Source of the DNA: an uncultured Streptococcus sp. | GTDB taxonomy: Bacteria > Bacillota > Bacilli > Lactobacillales > Streptococcaceae | Assembly (NCBI GenBank): GCA_963536045.1 | Contig: CAUSZI010000002.1 | Coordinates: 4,757 to 68,756 of the forward strand | Direction: 5' to 3' | Length of the DNA stretch: 64,000 nt | In this document: positions 21,022-31,543 of the stretch, piece after piece | Position numbering within the stretch: position 1 is the stretch's first letter | Layout: each line of letters opens with the position of its first letter | Made by a program: the position numbers and the translations under genes | Notes under the pieces: generated by a model | What the model saw: only the letters and a program-made list of their open reading frames with translations | The model's database searches: none | What the model was told of the DNA's origin: nothing

Positions 21022-22443
21022 ATGGATAAATTTTTCAAACTGACCGAAAAAGGGACAGATGTCCGGACAGAAGTTTTGGCTGGTCTGACGACTTTCTTTG
21101 CCATGTCCTACATTTTATTTGTCAATCCGGCTATGCTGGCTCAGACAGGTATGCCCAAGCAGGGTGTTTTCCTAGCTACAATTATCGGGGCTGTTGCGGG
21201 AACCTTGATGATGGCCTTCTTCGCCAATCTGCCTTATGCGCAGGCTCCTGGTATGGGGCTGAATGCCTTTTTCACTTTTACGGTCGTCTTTGCCTTGGGC
21301 TACACTTGGCAGGAAGCCTTGGCTATGGTCTTTATCTGCGGGATTATTTCTCTTATTATCACTCTGACCAAGGTGCGTAAGATGATTATTGAGTCGATTC
21401 CAGGCTCCTTGCGAGCAGCTATTTCAGCAGGGATCGGGGTCTTTCTGGCTTATGTGGGAATTAAAAATGCTGGCTTGCTCAAGTTTTCAATCGATCCGGG
21501 AAACTATACAGTAGCTGGCAAGGGAGCAGATAAAGCTGCAGCAGCTATTACGGCTAATTCAGCAGCAACTCCAGGTCTAGTAGATTTTAACAATCCAGCG
21601 GTCATCGTAGCCCTGGTTGGTCTCGCCATCACAATCTTCTTTATCGTGAAAAATATCAAGGGTGGTGTTATCCTATCCATCCTAGTAACGACAGTTGTGG
21701 CTATTCTGGTTGGCTTGGTTGATTTATCAGCCATTGACTTTGGGCAGAATAATATTGGCACTGCTGTTAATGAATTGGGACAGATTTTTGGGGTGGCCGT
21801 AGGTCCGAAAGGTCTGGGTGCCCTCTTAGCAGATTCGGCTCGCTGGCCTCAGACATGTATGGCCATTCTGGCTTTCTCCTTGACAGATATTTTTGATACC
21901 ATTGGTACCTTGATTGGTACAGGTGAAAAGGTCGGGATTGTGGCGACTTCTGGAGAAAACCATGAATCAGAAGGTTTGGATAAGGCTCTTTACTCGGATC
22001 TCATCGGAACCTCTATTGGCGCCATTGCTGGAACTTCTAATGTGACGACTTATGTGGAGTCTGCAGCTGGTATCGGAGCTGGAGGCCGAACAGGTCTGAC
22101 CGCCTTGGTCGTAGCCATCTGCTTTGCGGTGTCAAGCTTCTTTAGCCCACTCTTGGCTATTGTTCCTAATGCTGCAACTGCACCGATTCTCATTATCGTG
22201 GGGATTATGATGCTGGCTAGTCTGAAAAACATCCATTGGGATGATATGGCGGAGGCCATTCCAGCTTTCTTTACTTCTATTTTTATGGGATTTGCCTATT
22301 CTATCACTCACGGGATAGCAGCTGGATTTATCACCTACACCTTGGTCAAAATCTTCAAAGGTCAAGCCAAGGATGTGCATTCTATGATTTGGATTTTGGA
22401 TCTTCTATTTATTTTAAATTTCGTAAATCTGGCTTTAAATTAG
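21022..22443 (+). CDS. NCS2 family (AzgA/PbuG-like) purine permease
   Basis: AGLTTFFAMSYILFVNP, APGMGLNAFF, YVESAAGIGAGGRTGL. Confidence 0.92.
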   Translation: MDKFFKLTEKGTDVRTEVLAGLTTFFAMSYILFVNPAMLAQTGMPKQGVFLATIIGAVAGTLMMAFFANLPYAQAPGMGLNAFFTFTVVFALGYTWQEALAMVFICGIISLIITLTKVRKMIIESIPGSLRAAISAGIGVFLAYVGIKNAGLLKFSIDPGNYTVAGKGADKAAAAITANSAATPGLVDFNNPAVIVALVGLAITIFFIVKNIKGGVILSILVTTVVAILVGLVDLSAIDFGQNNIGTAVNELGQIFGVAVGPKGLGALLADSARWPQTCMAILAFSLTDIFDTIGTLIGTGEKVGIVATSGENHESEGLDKALYSDLIGTSIGAIAGTSNVTTYVESAAGIGAGGRTGLTALVVAICFAVSSFFSPLLAIVPNAATAPILIIVGIMMLASLKNIHWDDMAEAIPAFFTSIFMGFAYSITHGIAAGFITYTLVKIFKGQAKDVHSMIWILDLLFILNFVNLALN

Positions 22444-22582
22444 GCCTAAACATTGCTGGATTTCCTTGTGTCTAGTGAGGTTTGAATAGCTTATATTTTC
22501 AGTATAAAAAATCGGCTTTTCCTAGCTGATTTTTCTTTTGCAAAATTAAGCAGAAAAAATTTTTTTCTGGTATAATAAGAGA

Positions 22583-23023
22583 ATGTTTAGTCATAATGAG
22601 GAAGAATTAATCCAGTGGGGTCTGTGTCTGGGCAAATTGCTCCAGGCAGGGGATGTACTGGTTTTAACGGGAGATTTAGGAGCAGGGAAGACAACCTTTA
22701 CTAAGGGTCTGGCTCTAGGTTTGGGTATCAGTCAGATGATTAAAAGTCCAACCTATACCATTGTTCGGGAATATGAGGGGCGCTTGCCGCTCTATCATCT
22801 GGATGTCTACCGCATCGGAGACGATCCAGACTCCATTGATTTGGATGACTTTCTCTTCGGGGAGGGTGTGACGGTCATTGAATGGGGAGAGCTGCTGGGA
22901 GAAAATCTGCCTAACAACTATCTCAAATTAAGCCTCTTGAAAAAGGAAGATGGGCGTGAATTGGTTTTTGAAGCCAAAGGAACACGAGCCCAAGAGTTGC
23001 TTGAGGGACTGCAGAATGGCTGA
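22583..23023 (+). CDS. tsaE: tRNA t6A biosynthesis ATPase TsaE
   Basis: GDLGAGKTT, SPTYTI, HLDVYR, VIEWG. Confidence 0.95.
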   Translation: MFSHNEEELIQWGLCLGKLLQAGDVLVLTGDLGAGKTTFTKGLALGLGISQMIKSPTYTIVREYEGRLPLYHLDVYRIGDDPDSIDLDDFLFGEGVTVIEWGELLGENLPNNYLKLSLLKKEDGRELVFEAKGTRAQELLEGLQNG

Positions 23024-23537
23024 ATATGAATTGTGCTTGCGAGAAGCGGAAAAAACAGATGCTGCTGAGCTGATTGCCTTCCTCAATCAGGTCGGATCTG
23101 AGTCAGATTATATGACGCTGGATGAGGCTGGAATTTTGATGAATCAAGAAGAGATGGCTTCATTCATTGAGCATCAGGCTGCTTCTAGTAATCAGCTTTA
23201 TCTGTTGGCGCTTTTTAATGGTGAGATTGCTGGCCTTGTCAGCATCACAGCTGATTTCCATGAGCGAATTCGCCATATTGGTCAAGTCTTTGTTGTGGTG
23301 AAGAAGGCTTTCTGGAACCAAGGGCTGGGACGTATATTGCTGGAAGAGGCATTGACTTGGGCAGAATATTCTCAAGTTATTAGACGCTTGGAATTGAGCG
23401 TTCAGGTTAGAAATGAACGAGCAGTTCACCTCTATAAAGATTTAGGATTTGAAATTGAAGGCTTACAAAAAAGAGGAGCCTATTTAAAAGAAGGGATGTT
23501 TCTTGATGTTTACCTGATGGGTAAACTGATAGACTAA
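23016..23537 (+). CDS. GNAT family N-acetyltransferase
   Basis: FWNQGLGRILL, NERAVHLYKDLGF; start MAEYEL overlaps the tsaE end. Confidence 0.85.
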   Translation: MAEYELCLREAEKTDAAELIAFLNQVGSESDYMTLDEAGILMNQEEMASFIEHQAASSNQLYLLALFNGEIAGLVSITADFHERIRHIGQVFVVVKKAFWNQGLGRILLEEALTWAEYSQVIRRLELSVQVRNERAVHLYKDLGFEIEGLQKRGAYLKEGMFLDVYLMGKLID

Positions 23538-23544
23538 AAAAGAT

Positions 23545-24783
23545 ATGTTTAAAAAGATTATAATGATGTTTCTCAGCCTCCTTGTCGTAACGACAGCTGG
23601 TATCGGTACTTATGCTTGGACAATCTATGGTCAGTCAACAGATGAACTGTCCAAGACTTATAAGGGCTTGGGAAATGAGACAGATGTCATTTCTGCGACT
23701 AAGCCCATGACCATCTTGCTGATGGGTGTAGATACAGGGAGCGGATCCCGCGAGGATACTTGGGTCGGGAACAGCGATACCATGATTCTCTTGAGTGTCA
23801 ATCCCAAGACTAAGAAAACAGTCATGATGAGTTTGGAACGTGATATTCTGACTCAGATTGATGAGAACGGTCAGACAGTTGAAGCTAAGCTGAATGCAGC
23901 CTATGCAACTGGCGGAGCAGAGTTAGCCATTTCGACTATTGAGGGCTTGATGAATATCCACATCGACCGCTATGTGATGATTAATATGCAGGGCTTGGTT
24001 CAGCTAGTAGACGCAGTAGGCGGTATTGAGGTCAATAATACCTTTGACTTCCCAATTTCTATTGAGGATAATGAGCCTGAGTATACTGCTAAGGTTGAGC
24101 CTGGCAAGCAAACTATCAATGGTGATCAGGCGCTGGTCTATGCTCGCATGCGCTATCAGGATCCAGAGGGTGACTATGGCCGCCAGAAGCGTCAACGTGA
24201 AGTAATTAAGAAAGTGGTTGAAAAAGTTCTCAGTCTCAACAGTGTCAGCCATTATCAGGCTATTTTAAAAGCTGTCAGCAGCAATATGCAGACTAATATC
24301 GCGCTTGATTCAAAAAGCATTCCACAATTGCTAGGCTATCAGGATGCCTTTAAGAACATCAAGTCTGAACAGCTGCGTGGAGAAGATGCGACCTTGCCTG
24401 ATGGTGGAAGCTATCAGCTGGTGACGTCAGAGCATCTGCTGAGCATGCAGAATCTAATCCGCAAGTCTCTAGGTTTGGACACAGTTAAGAGTCTGAAGAC
24501 CAATGCTGTTCTCTATGAAGATATTATGGGCGGCAACAGTCTAAGAAGCAGCAATAGCAGTAGTACATCTAGTAGCACAGAAAGCTATAGCAGTTACCAG
24601 AATTCTTATAGTCAGCCTACTTATAATAATGGTTATGAGAATTATTCTTATCCGACGACAGATACAACAGTTGGAACTACGAATACGACTCCGGTTGCTC
24701 CAGCAGCTTCCTCTGCTCCAGCGGCAGATGTCAGTGTCAGCACCCCACAAAGTCAGCCAGTAGTCAATGCAACTACAGAGTAG
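23545..24783 (+). CDS. lytR: LytR-CpsA-Psr family protein (LytR/BrpA)
   Basis: N-terminal TM helix, LLMGVD, NSDTMIL, SLERD, KLNAAY, GDYGRQKRQ; S/T/Y-rich tail. Confidence 0.9.
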   Translation: MFKKIIMMFLSLLVVTTAGIGTYAWTIYGQSTDELSKTYKGLGNETDVISATKPMTILLMGVDTGSGSREDTWVGNSDTMILLSVNPKTKKTVMMSLERDILTQIDENGQTVEAKLNAAYATGGAELAISTIEGLMNIHIDRYVMINMQGLVQLVDAVGGIEVNNTFDFPISIEDNEPEYTAKVEPGKQTINGDQALVYARMRYQDPEGDYGRQKRQREVIKKVVEKVLSLNSVSHYQAILKAVSSNMQTNIALDSKSIPQLLGYQDAFKNIKSEQLRGEDATLPDGGSYQLVTSEHLLSMQNLIRKSLGLDTVKSLKTNAVLYEDIMGGNSLRSSNSSSTSSSTESYSSYQNSYSQPTYNNGYENYSYPTTDTTVGTTNTTPVAPAASSAPAADVSVSTPQSQPVVNATTE

Positions 24784-24903
24784 AAAGTTAAATATAAAAA
24801 GAGGCCGGGACAAAATGTCTTGGTCTCTTTTGGTAATGACAAGAAGTTCTTGACGCGGTGCCGGATTTGAGTTTTTGTTTCCTTATCATCCATCTTTTCT
24901 CTA

Positions 24904-25191
24904 TTAAGACTCGTACTTTTCCCAGATGTCTTTGACTTGCTGGATCTGCACTTGAGCTTGGTTTTCAAGGACTTTATATTTATAAGTAAGATCTTGAGCG
25001 ATGTCTTTGACTTGCTCTTTTTGCTCTTGAATGATGGCAATATTTCGTTGGATATTGGCTAGACTGTCCTTTACTTTGTCTAGACTATCTGTTGTTTCAA
25101 TGATTTCTTCTTGAATTTTTTGACGGTTTTCAACCAGCTTGTAGCTGGCTGCTGCGGCACCAATAAATAGGAAAATATTTGACAGTTTCAT
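24904..25191 (-). CDS. Small conserved protein (N-terminal hydrophobic helix plus coiled coil)
   Basis: RBS GGAGG, 9 nt after the hit stop; coiled-coil composition. Confidence 0.7.
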   Translation of the reverse strand: MKLSNIFLFIGAAAASYKLVENRQKIQEEIIETTDSLDKVKDSLANIQRNIAIIQEQKEQVKDIAQDLTYKYKVLENQAQVQIQQVKDIWEKYES

Positions 25192-25200
25192 AGTCCCTCC

Positions 25201-25611
25201 TTAAGCTTGCGCAATCTTCTCAGCTAATTCGGCCAGAGCTGGGAAGTCTGGTTCGTGGGCTGCGAAAGTAATCTTGAGGTCATCTGCATCACTGTAGCGC
25301 GGTGCCAAATGCACATGGGTATGAAAGACAGTCTGTCCAGCAATTTCTTCGTTGTTGATGATGATATTCATACCAGCTGCGCCTGTGGCTTTCATCACCT
25401 TACGGGCAATGTCAGGTACGCGAGCAAAGAGCTGACTGGTGTTGTCGGCATCCATATCCAGCACATTTCGGAAATGCTCTTTAGGGACAACCAAGGTATG
25501 ACCTGGTGTTACCTGGGAAATATCTAGAAAAGCAAGGACTTTCTCGTCTTCGTAGACTTTAGAAGAAGGGATTTCTCCGGCAATAATTTTACAAAAAATA
25601 CAATCAGCCAT
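25201..25611 (-). CDS. hit: HIT family nucleotide hydrolase
   Basis: DCIFCKI, GHTLVVPK, QTVFHTHVH. Confidence 0.93.
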   Translation of the reverse strand: MADCIFCKIIAGEIPSSKVYEDEKVLAFLDISQVTPGHTLVVPKEHFRNVLDMDADNTSQLFARVPDIARKVMKATGAAGMNIIINNEEIAGQTVFHTHVHLAPRYSDADDLKITFAAHEPDFPALAELAEKIAQA

Positions 25612-25679
25612 AAATGGTACCTCTATTCGCTAGATTTTGTTATAATATAAGAACCATTATACCAGAATTCGGAGAAAAT

Positions 25680-26411
25680 ATGTTAGAAATCAAAGAGCTT
25701 ACGGGCGGCTATGTTAATATCCCGGTTTTAAAGGATGTCAGCTTTGAAGTGGGCAATGGCCAGCTGGTTGGTCTGATTGGTCTCAACGGTGCGGGCAAGT
25801 CTACGACTATCAATGAGATTATTGGTCTTTTGACGCCTTATAAGGGACAGATTCAGATTGATGGACTGGAGCTGCGGACCAATCCCAGCGATTACCGCAA
25901 GAAGATCGGTTTTATTCCGGAAACGCCTAGTCTCTACGAAGAATTGACCCTGCGCGAGCACATTGAGACGGTAGCTATGGCTTACGACATTGAGCAGGAG
26001 ACAGCTTTTAAGCGCGTGGATAAGCTACTGGAAATGTTCCGACTTAAGGAAAAACTGGATTGGTTCCCTGTTCACTTTTCAAAAGGAATGAAGCAAAAAG
26101 TGATGATTATCTGTGCTTTTGTAGTTGATCCCAGCCTTTTTATCGTAGATGAGCCTTTTTTGGGTCTGGATCCGGTAGCGATTGCAGACCTTATCCAGCT
26201 CTTGGATGAGGAAAAGAAGAAGGGCAAGTCCATTCTGATGAGCACCCATGTTCTGGACTCTGCCGAGAAGATGTGCGATAGTTTTGTAATTCTGCACAAG
26301 GGGCAAGTAAGGGCCAAGGGCAGCTTGACTGAGTTGCAGGCTCAATTTCAAATGCCGGATGCTAGTCTGAATGACATCTATCTAGCCCTGACAGAAGAGG
26401 CAGCGCTATGA
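25680..26411 (+). CDS. ecsA: ABC transporter ATP-binding protein EcsA
   Basis: GLNGAGKST, FSKGMKQKV, VDEPFLGLDP; start MLEIKEL. Confidence 0.88.
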   Translation: MLEIKELTGGYVNIPVLKDVSFEVGNGQLVGLIGLNGAGKSTTINEIIGLLTPYKGQIQIDGLELRTNPSDYRKKIGFIPETPSLYEELTLREHIETVAMAYDIEQETAFKRVDKLLEMFRLKEKLDWFPVHFSKGMKQKVMIICAFVVDPSLFIVDEPFLGLDPVAIADLIQLLDEEKKKGKSILMSTHVLDSAEKMCDSFVILHKGQVRAKGSLTELQAQFQMPDASLNDIYLALTEEAAL

Positions 26412-27454
26412 AAGAATTATTTGCCAAACGAAAGCAGGATTTTCGTCAGCAGTGCCTGAAGTACCTGCGCTATGTTTTTAATGATCATTTCGTGCTCTTT
26501 CTGCTGATTTTTATGGGATTTTTAGGTGTTCAGTACAGTCAGCTTTTGCGACATTTTCCGACCAATCACCTACCCATTATTGCTAGTCTGGTTATTCTAT
26601 CGGTCTTTATCTTGCCTTTTGGACGGATTGCGACCTATCTGGAAAAGCCGGATGCTCTCTTTCTCTTGGTCAGAGAAGCAGAAGTCAGGGCTTTTATCAA
26701 GGCTCAGATTCTGCGCTCCTATCTCTTGTACGCAGTCTTACAGACTGGAATCTTACTGTTACTGGCTCCGCTTTTTCTGGCTCTGGGATTGCCTGTTTGG
26801 GGCTTCGGGCTCTACTGTCTCCTTATGCTAGTCTTAAAATGGTTTTTGTTTCAGGCTAAGGCTAAGAAGTTCTTTACTGAAAATGGTTTAGATTGGCAGG
26901 TTCTGGTGGCTTATGAAGCTGCTCGAAAGCAGACGATTCTCCGTTTCTTTGCTCTCTTTACAAATGTTAAAGGCATTTCAAATAGTGTCAAGCGCCGGGC
27001 CTATCTGGATGGTTTGACGAGACTTGTGGGCAAGCAGCATAGCAAGACCTGGCAGAATCTCTTTTTGCGCTCTTACTTGCGAAATGGAGACTTCTTTGCT
27101 CTGACCTTAAGACTGCTCTTTTTGGCTCTTTTGGCCTTGGTTTTTGTCAGTCAAGCTTGGATTGCTGCAGCTTTTGCGGTCTTGTTCAATTACCTCTTGC
27201 TCTTCCAGCTGACGGCCTTGTACGAAGCTTTTGACTATCAGTTTTTGACCCAACTTTTTCCGATAGAAAGAGGGGAGAAGCTGAAGGGAGCAAGACAAAT
27301 TATCACTTCAATTGGCATCAGTGTTCTTTTGGCTGAAGTGCTGACTGCTCTGCTCTTTTTCCAAGACAAGACAGCAGTGCTGGCCATGCTGGGAGCGACT
27401 GCCCTACTCTATCTGTTCTATCTGCCGTTTAAGTTACGGAGATTGGTTGACTAA
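26408..27454 (+). CDS. ecsB: ABC transporter permease EcsB
   Basis: YLRYVFNDHF, TYLEKPD, FFALFTNV; translationally coupled to ecsA. Confidence 0.85.
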   Translation: MKELFAKRKQDFRQQCLKYLRYVFNDHFVLFLLIFMGFLGVQYSQLLRHFPTNHLPIIASLVILSVFILPFGRIATYLEKPDALFLLVREAEVRAFIKAQILRSYLLYAVLQTGILLLLAPLFLALGLPVWGFGLYCLLMLVLKWFLFQAKAKKFFTENGLDWQVLVAYEAARKQTILRFFALFTNVKGISNSVKRRAYLDGLTRLVGKQHSKTWQNLFLRSYLRNGDFFALTLRLLFLALLALVFVSQAWIAAAFAVLFNYLLLFQLTALYEAFDYQFLTQLFPIERGEKLKGARQIITSIGISVLLAEVLTALLFFQDKTAVLAMLGATALLYLFYLPFKLRRLVD

Positions 27455-27504
27455 AAGAGGTAAAATTAGTAAAATGATAAAGAAACTTTTTACGGAGGGG
27501 AAAT

Positions 27505-28299
27505 ATGGACTTGGTTGATAACGAGCTGACCCTGACACCGATAGCTGGTAAGAGCGGAAAGGCCTATATGGGGACTTATCCGGACGGGGGGCGCGTTTTC
27601 GTCAAGATGAATACAACCCCTATCTTAGCAGGCTTAGCTCGAGAACAAATCGCACCGCAGCTTTTGTGGAGCCGCCGGATGCCGGACGGCAATGTTATGA
27701 GCGGGCAGGAGTGGCTTTCAGGCACTATTCTGACCCCAAATGATATGTCCAAAAAGCAGGTAATCAATATTTTGACACGGCTGCATCGCTCGCGCCCATT
27801 GATGACGCAGCTGACCAAGCTGGGCTATACACTGGAAACACCGACTGATTTGCTGAATGCTTGGCTCAATCAAGTGCCGCTTGCTTTGAGGAATAATCAA
27901 TATCTGCAATCAGTTATCCGCGACCTACGCCAGACAGTACCAGCCTTTCGTAAGGACTACGCGACTATCGTTCACGGAGATGTGCGCCACAGCAACTGGG
28001 TAGAGACCGACAGCGGGCTTATTTACTTGGTAGATTGGGATTCTGTGCGCTTGACAGACAGGATGATGGATGTAGCTCATATTTTGAGCCATTATGTGCC
28101 TGATTCAGGTTGGCAAGAGTGGTTGAGCGCCTATGGTTATAAGTATAATCAGACTGTTTTCAATAAGCTATACTGGTTTGGACAGTATTCTTATCTGATG
28201 CAGATTGCTAAATACTATGAAAACAATGATTTAGAAAATGTGAACCGGGAGATTTACGCATTACGAAACTTCCGTTCCAAATACGGAAGAGGACAATGA
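27505..28299 (+). CDS. ccrZ: Cell cycle regulator CcrZ (choline-kinase-like)
   Basis: HGDVRHSNW and YLVDWD; directly upstream of trmB. Confidence 0.88.
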   Translation: MDLVDNELTLTPIAGKSGKAYMGTYPDGGRVFVKMNTTPILAGLAREQIAPQLLWSRRMPDGNVMSGQEWLSGTILTPNDMSKKQVINILTRLHRSRPLMTQLTKLGYTLETPTDLLNAWLNQVPLALRNNQYLQSVIRDLRQTVPAFRKDYATIVHGDVRHSNWVETDSGLIYLVDWDSVRLTDRMMDVAHILSHYVPDSGWQEWLSAYGYKYNQTVFNKLYWFGQYSYLMQIAKYYENNDLENVNREIYALRNFRSKYGRGQ

Positions 28300-28934
28300 G
28301 AGTAAGGAATCGTAAGGGAGCGACGGAACTGCTAGAGGCGCATCCCCAGTATGTGATTTTAAATCCGGCAGACGCCAAGGGCAGATGGCAGGAGATTTTT
28401 GGCAATGATCATCCTATTCATATCGAGGTTGGCAGCGGTAAAGGAGCTTTTGTATCCGGCATGGCCAAGGCCAATCCTGAGATCAACTACATCGGGATTG
28501 ATATCCAGAAATCGGTCCTCAGCTATGCCTTGGACAAGGTGCTAGCAACGGATGTGCCCAATATCAAACTTCTATGGGTGGACGGTTCGGATTTGACTGA
28601 TTATTTTGAAGAGGGCGAGATTGACCGCCTCTATCTGAACTTCTCGGATCCTTGGCCCAAGAAACGTCATGAAAAGCGTCGTCTGACCTATCAGTCCTTT
28701 CTGGCAACCTATCAGCAGATTTTGCCGGAAAATGGAGAAATCCACTTCAAAACGGACAATCGTGGTCTTTTTGAGTATAGCCTAGTAAGCTTTTCACAGT
28801 ATGGTATGAAGTTAAAGGGTGTCTGGTTGGATTTGCATGCCAGCAACTTCGAGGATAATGTCCTGACTGAGTATGAGCAGAAATTTGCTAACAAAGGACA
28901 AGTCATCTACCGGGTGGAAGCAGCGTTTGAATAA
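28296..28934 (+). CDS. trmB: tRNA (guanine-N7)-methyltransferase
   Basis: [31 protein letters not shown]. Confidence 0.96.
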   Translation: MRVRNRKGATELLEAHPQYVILNPADAKGRWQEIFGNDHPIHIEVGSGKGAFVSGMAKANPEINYIGIDIQKSVLSYALDKVLATDVPNIKLLWVDGSDLTDYFEEGEIDRLYLNFSDPWPKKRHEKRRLTYQSFLATYQQILPENGEIHFKTDNRGLFEYSLVSFSQYGMKLKGVWLDLHASNFEDNVLTEYEQKFANKGQVIYRVEAAFE

Positions 28935-29051
28935 GAAAGAGTCTTCGAGGAAATACTCCTTGAAGCCTTTTTATTGGGAAAGAACTTTACTTAAAAATAA
29001 GAGTGTTTTAAGTGGAATTCGGTCTTTAAAAGCTTGCACAGCATATTTCCC

Positions 29052-29128
29052 TTGCATTCTGGGACTTGTCGTGCTATAATACTAGTAATGAATAAGGAAA
29101 GAGAGGCGAGGAAGTATCTTCGCCTCTT
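29052..29128 (+). promoter_or_regulatory. rimP operon promoter and rimP-leader hairpin
   Basis: TTGCAT-17bp-(TGc)TATAAT 29052-29080; stem GAGAGGCGAGGA-agta-TCTTCGCCTCTT 29101-29128 just before the RBS. Confidence 0.7.
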
Positions 29129-29150
29129 ATCTGTGAGGAGGTGTCGTCAT

Positions 29151-29621
29151 ATCGCAACAATTGTTGAATTGGTGAGGGAGGTTATTGAACCAGCCATTCT
29201 GGCCCCCTATGAATTAGTCGATATTGAGTACGGAAAGATAGGCGGGGACTACGTTCTCAGTGTCTTTGTGGATAAGCCCGAAGGTATTACGGTCAATGAT
29301 ACAGCAGATTTGACGGATATTATCAGTCCGCTCTTGGATCAAATCAAACCAGATCCCTTCCCGGAACAGTATTTTCTGGAAGTGACCAGTCCAGGCTTGG
29401 AGCGCCCGCTCAAGACCAAGGAACAGCTAGCCGATGCAGTCGGCAGTTATATCCATGTCAGTCTCTATAAGGCTGTTGACAAGCAGAAAGTCTTTGAAGG
29501 CACCTTGCTGAGCTTTGAAGAGGATGTCCTGCACATGGAATATCTGGACAAGACTCGCAGAAAAGAAGCCGAAATTCCCTACAGTCTGGTTTCCAAAGCC
29601 AGATTAGCCGTTAAGTTTTAG
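29151..29621 (+). CDS. rimP: Ribosome maturation factor RimP (probable ATC start)
   Basis: [28 protein letters not shown]; strong SD GAGGAGGTG followed in frame by ATC. Confidence 0.9.
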   Translation: MATIVELVREVIEPAILAPYELVDIEYGKIGGDYVLSVFVDKPEGITVNDTADLTDIISPLLDQIKPDPFPEQYFLEVTSPGLERPLKTKEQLADAVGSYIHVSLYKAVDKQKVFEGTLLSFEEDVLHMEYLDKTRRKEAEIPYSLVSKARLAVKF

Positions 29622-29680
29622 CCGCAGAAGCAATTTAGAAAAGAAAGGAACACTTTTGTTTCGGCAAAAGTCATATGAAA

Positions 29681-30928
29681 ATGAGTAAAGAAATGCTAGA
29701 GGCCTTCCGCATTTTGGAAGAAGACAAAGGAATCAAGAAAGAAGATATCATTGACGCGGTGACCGAGTCACTCCGCTCAGCCTATCGTCGTCGCTATGGT
29801 CAGGCAGACAGCGCAGCCATTGAGTTTGACGAAAAGTCAGGAGATTTCCGTGTCTATACTGTTCGCGAAGTCGTGGACGAGGTCTTTGACAGCCGTTTGG
29901 AAATCAGTCTCAAAGATGCCTTGGCTATCAGTTCAGCCTATGAATTGGGAGATAAGATCAAGTTTGAAGAAGCGCTGGCTGAATTTGGCCGGGTCGCTGC
30001 TCAGTCTGCCAAGCAAACCATCATGGAAAAGATGCGCAAGCAGACCCGAGCAATCACTTACAACACCTATAAAGAGCATGAAAATGAAATCATGAGCGGG
30101 ACGGTGGAGCGCTTTGACAATCGCTTTATCTATGTCAATCTAGGTAGCATTGAAGCGCAACTATCGAAGCAAGACCAGATTCCTGGTGAGGTCTTTGCCT
30201 CTCATGACCGCATCGAAGTCTTTGTCTACAAGGTAGAAGACAATCCTCGCGGCGTCAATGTCTTTGTCAGCCGCAGCCATCCAGAAATGATCAAGCGCTT
30301 GATGGAGCAGGAAATCCCAGAAGTTTATGACGGAACTGTGGAAATCATGAGCGTATCGCGGGAAGCTGGCGATCGGACCAAGGTAGCCGTTCGCAGTCAC
30401 AACCCTAATGTGGATGCCATCGGTACAATCGTCGGACGCGGTGGAGCCAATATCAAGAAAATTACTAGCAAGTTCCATCCTGCCAAATATGATCCGAAGA
30501 GCGGCCGTATGGTACCGACTGAAGAAAATATCGACGTCATCGAGTGGGTAGCAGATCCAGCTGAGTTTATCTACAACGCTATTGCTCCTGCAGAGGTTGA
30601 CCAAGTTATCTTTAACGAAGAAGATAACAAGCGGGCCTTGGTTGTCGTACCGGACAGCAAGCTTTCTCTGGCTATCGGTCGTCGCGGACAGAACGTACGC
30701 TTAGCAGCTCATTTGACAGGCTTTAGAATTGATATCAAGTCTGCCACTGAGTTTGAAGAAATGGAAGCAGCCAATGAACTGGGCGGATTTGCTCAGGAAG
30801 CTGAAGAAATTCTTGGGGATGCAGATGTTCTAGAGCCAGAATTTTCAGCAACAGACTTTGACGCAGCTGCAGAGGAAACTGTACTGGAAACAGCTGGTTT
30901 AGAAAGCGAAGCTGAAGAACTAGATTAA
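29681..30928 (+). CDS. nusA: Transcription termination/antitermination factor NusA
   Basis: FGRVAAQSAKQ, S1 and KH domains, LSLAIGRRGQNVRLA. Confidence 0.97.
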   Translation: MSKEMLEAFRILEEDKGIKKEDIIDAVTESLRSAYRRRYGQADSAAIEFDEKSGDFRVYTVREVVDEVFDSRLEISLKDALAISSAYELGDKIKFEEALAEFGRVAAQSAKQTIMEKMRKQTRAITYNTYKEHENEIMSGTVERFDNRFIYVNLGSIEAQLSKQDQIPGEVFASHDRIEVFVYKVEDNPRGVNVFVSRSHPEMIKRLMEQEIPEVYDGTVEIMSVSREAGDRTKVAVRSHNPNVDAIGTIVGRGGANIKKITSKFHPAKYDPKSGRMVPTEENIDVIEWVADPAEFIYNAIAPAEVDQVIFNEEDNKRALVVVPDSKLSLAIGRRGQNVRLAAHLTGFRIDIKSATEFEEMEAANELGGFAQEAEEILGDADVLEPEFSATDFDAAAEETVLETAGLESEAEELD

Positions 30929-30938
30929 GGGGGCTGGA

Positions 30939-31235
30939 ATGGCAAAAACAAGAAAAATCCCTTTAAGAAAATCAGTGGTGTCCAACGAAGTGATTGACAA
31001 GCGCGATTTATTGCGGATTGTCAAGAACAAGGAAGGTCAAGTCTTTATCGATCCGACAGGCAAGGCCAACGGCCGTGGAGCCTATATCAAGCTGGATAAT
31101 CAGGAAGCTCTTCAAGCCAAGAAGAAGCGGGTCTTTAACCGCAGCTTTAATATGGAAGTGGATGAGGCTTTCTATGATGAGTTAATCGCTTATGTCGATC
31201 ATAAGGTCAAAAGAAGAGAGTTGGGTCTTGAATAA
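30939..31235 (+). CDS. ylxR: YlxR (RnpM) RNA-binding protein
   Basis: RKIPLRK, DPTGKANGRGAY. Confidence 0.92.
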   Translation: MAKTRKIPLRKSVVSNEVIDKRDLLRIVKNKEGQVFIDPTGKANGRGAYIKLDNQEALQAKKKRVFNRSFNMEVDEAFYDELIAYVDHKVKRRELGLE

Positions 31236-31524
31236 AGAGAAACTTGCAAATATGCTGGGACTGGCTCAGCGGGCTGGCCGCATCATTTCTGGTGAAGAGC
31301 TGACCGTCAAAGCTATACAGGAGGGAAAAGCAGATCTGGTCTTTTTAGCTCAGGATGCAGCTCCTAATCTCAGCAAGAAAATCACTGATAAAAGCCGTTA
31401 CTACCAAGTAGAAGTATCAACCGTGTTTTCAACACTGGAATTAAGCTCTGCCATTGGCAAGGCCAGAAAAGTGCTCGCCGTGACAGATGCTGGTTTTACA
31501 AAGAAAATGAGGTCTCTTATGTAA
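31228..31524 (+). CDS. ylxQ: YlxQ L7Ae-family RNA-binding protein
   Basis: [30 protein letters not shown] start overlapping the ylxR end. Confidence 0.9.
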   Translation: MNKEKLANMLGLAQRAGRIISGEELTVKAIQEGKADLVFLAQDAAPNLSKKITDKSRYYQVEVSTVFSTLELSSAIGKARKVLAVTDAGFTKKMRSLM

Positions 31525-31543
31525 TAGAAGAGGAGGACAAGAT

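Noticed and set aside
29034..29150. Long N-terminal extension of RimP in the ORF track
   Set aside because: It covers the promoter and leader hairpin, so it cannot be on the transcript from that promoter
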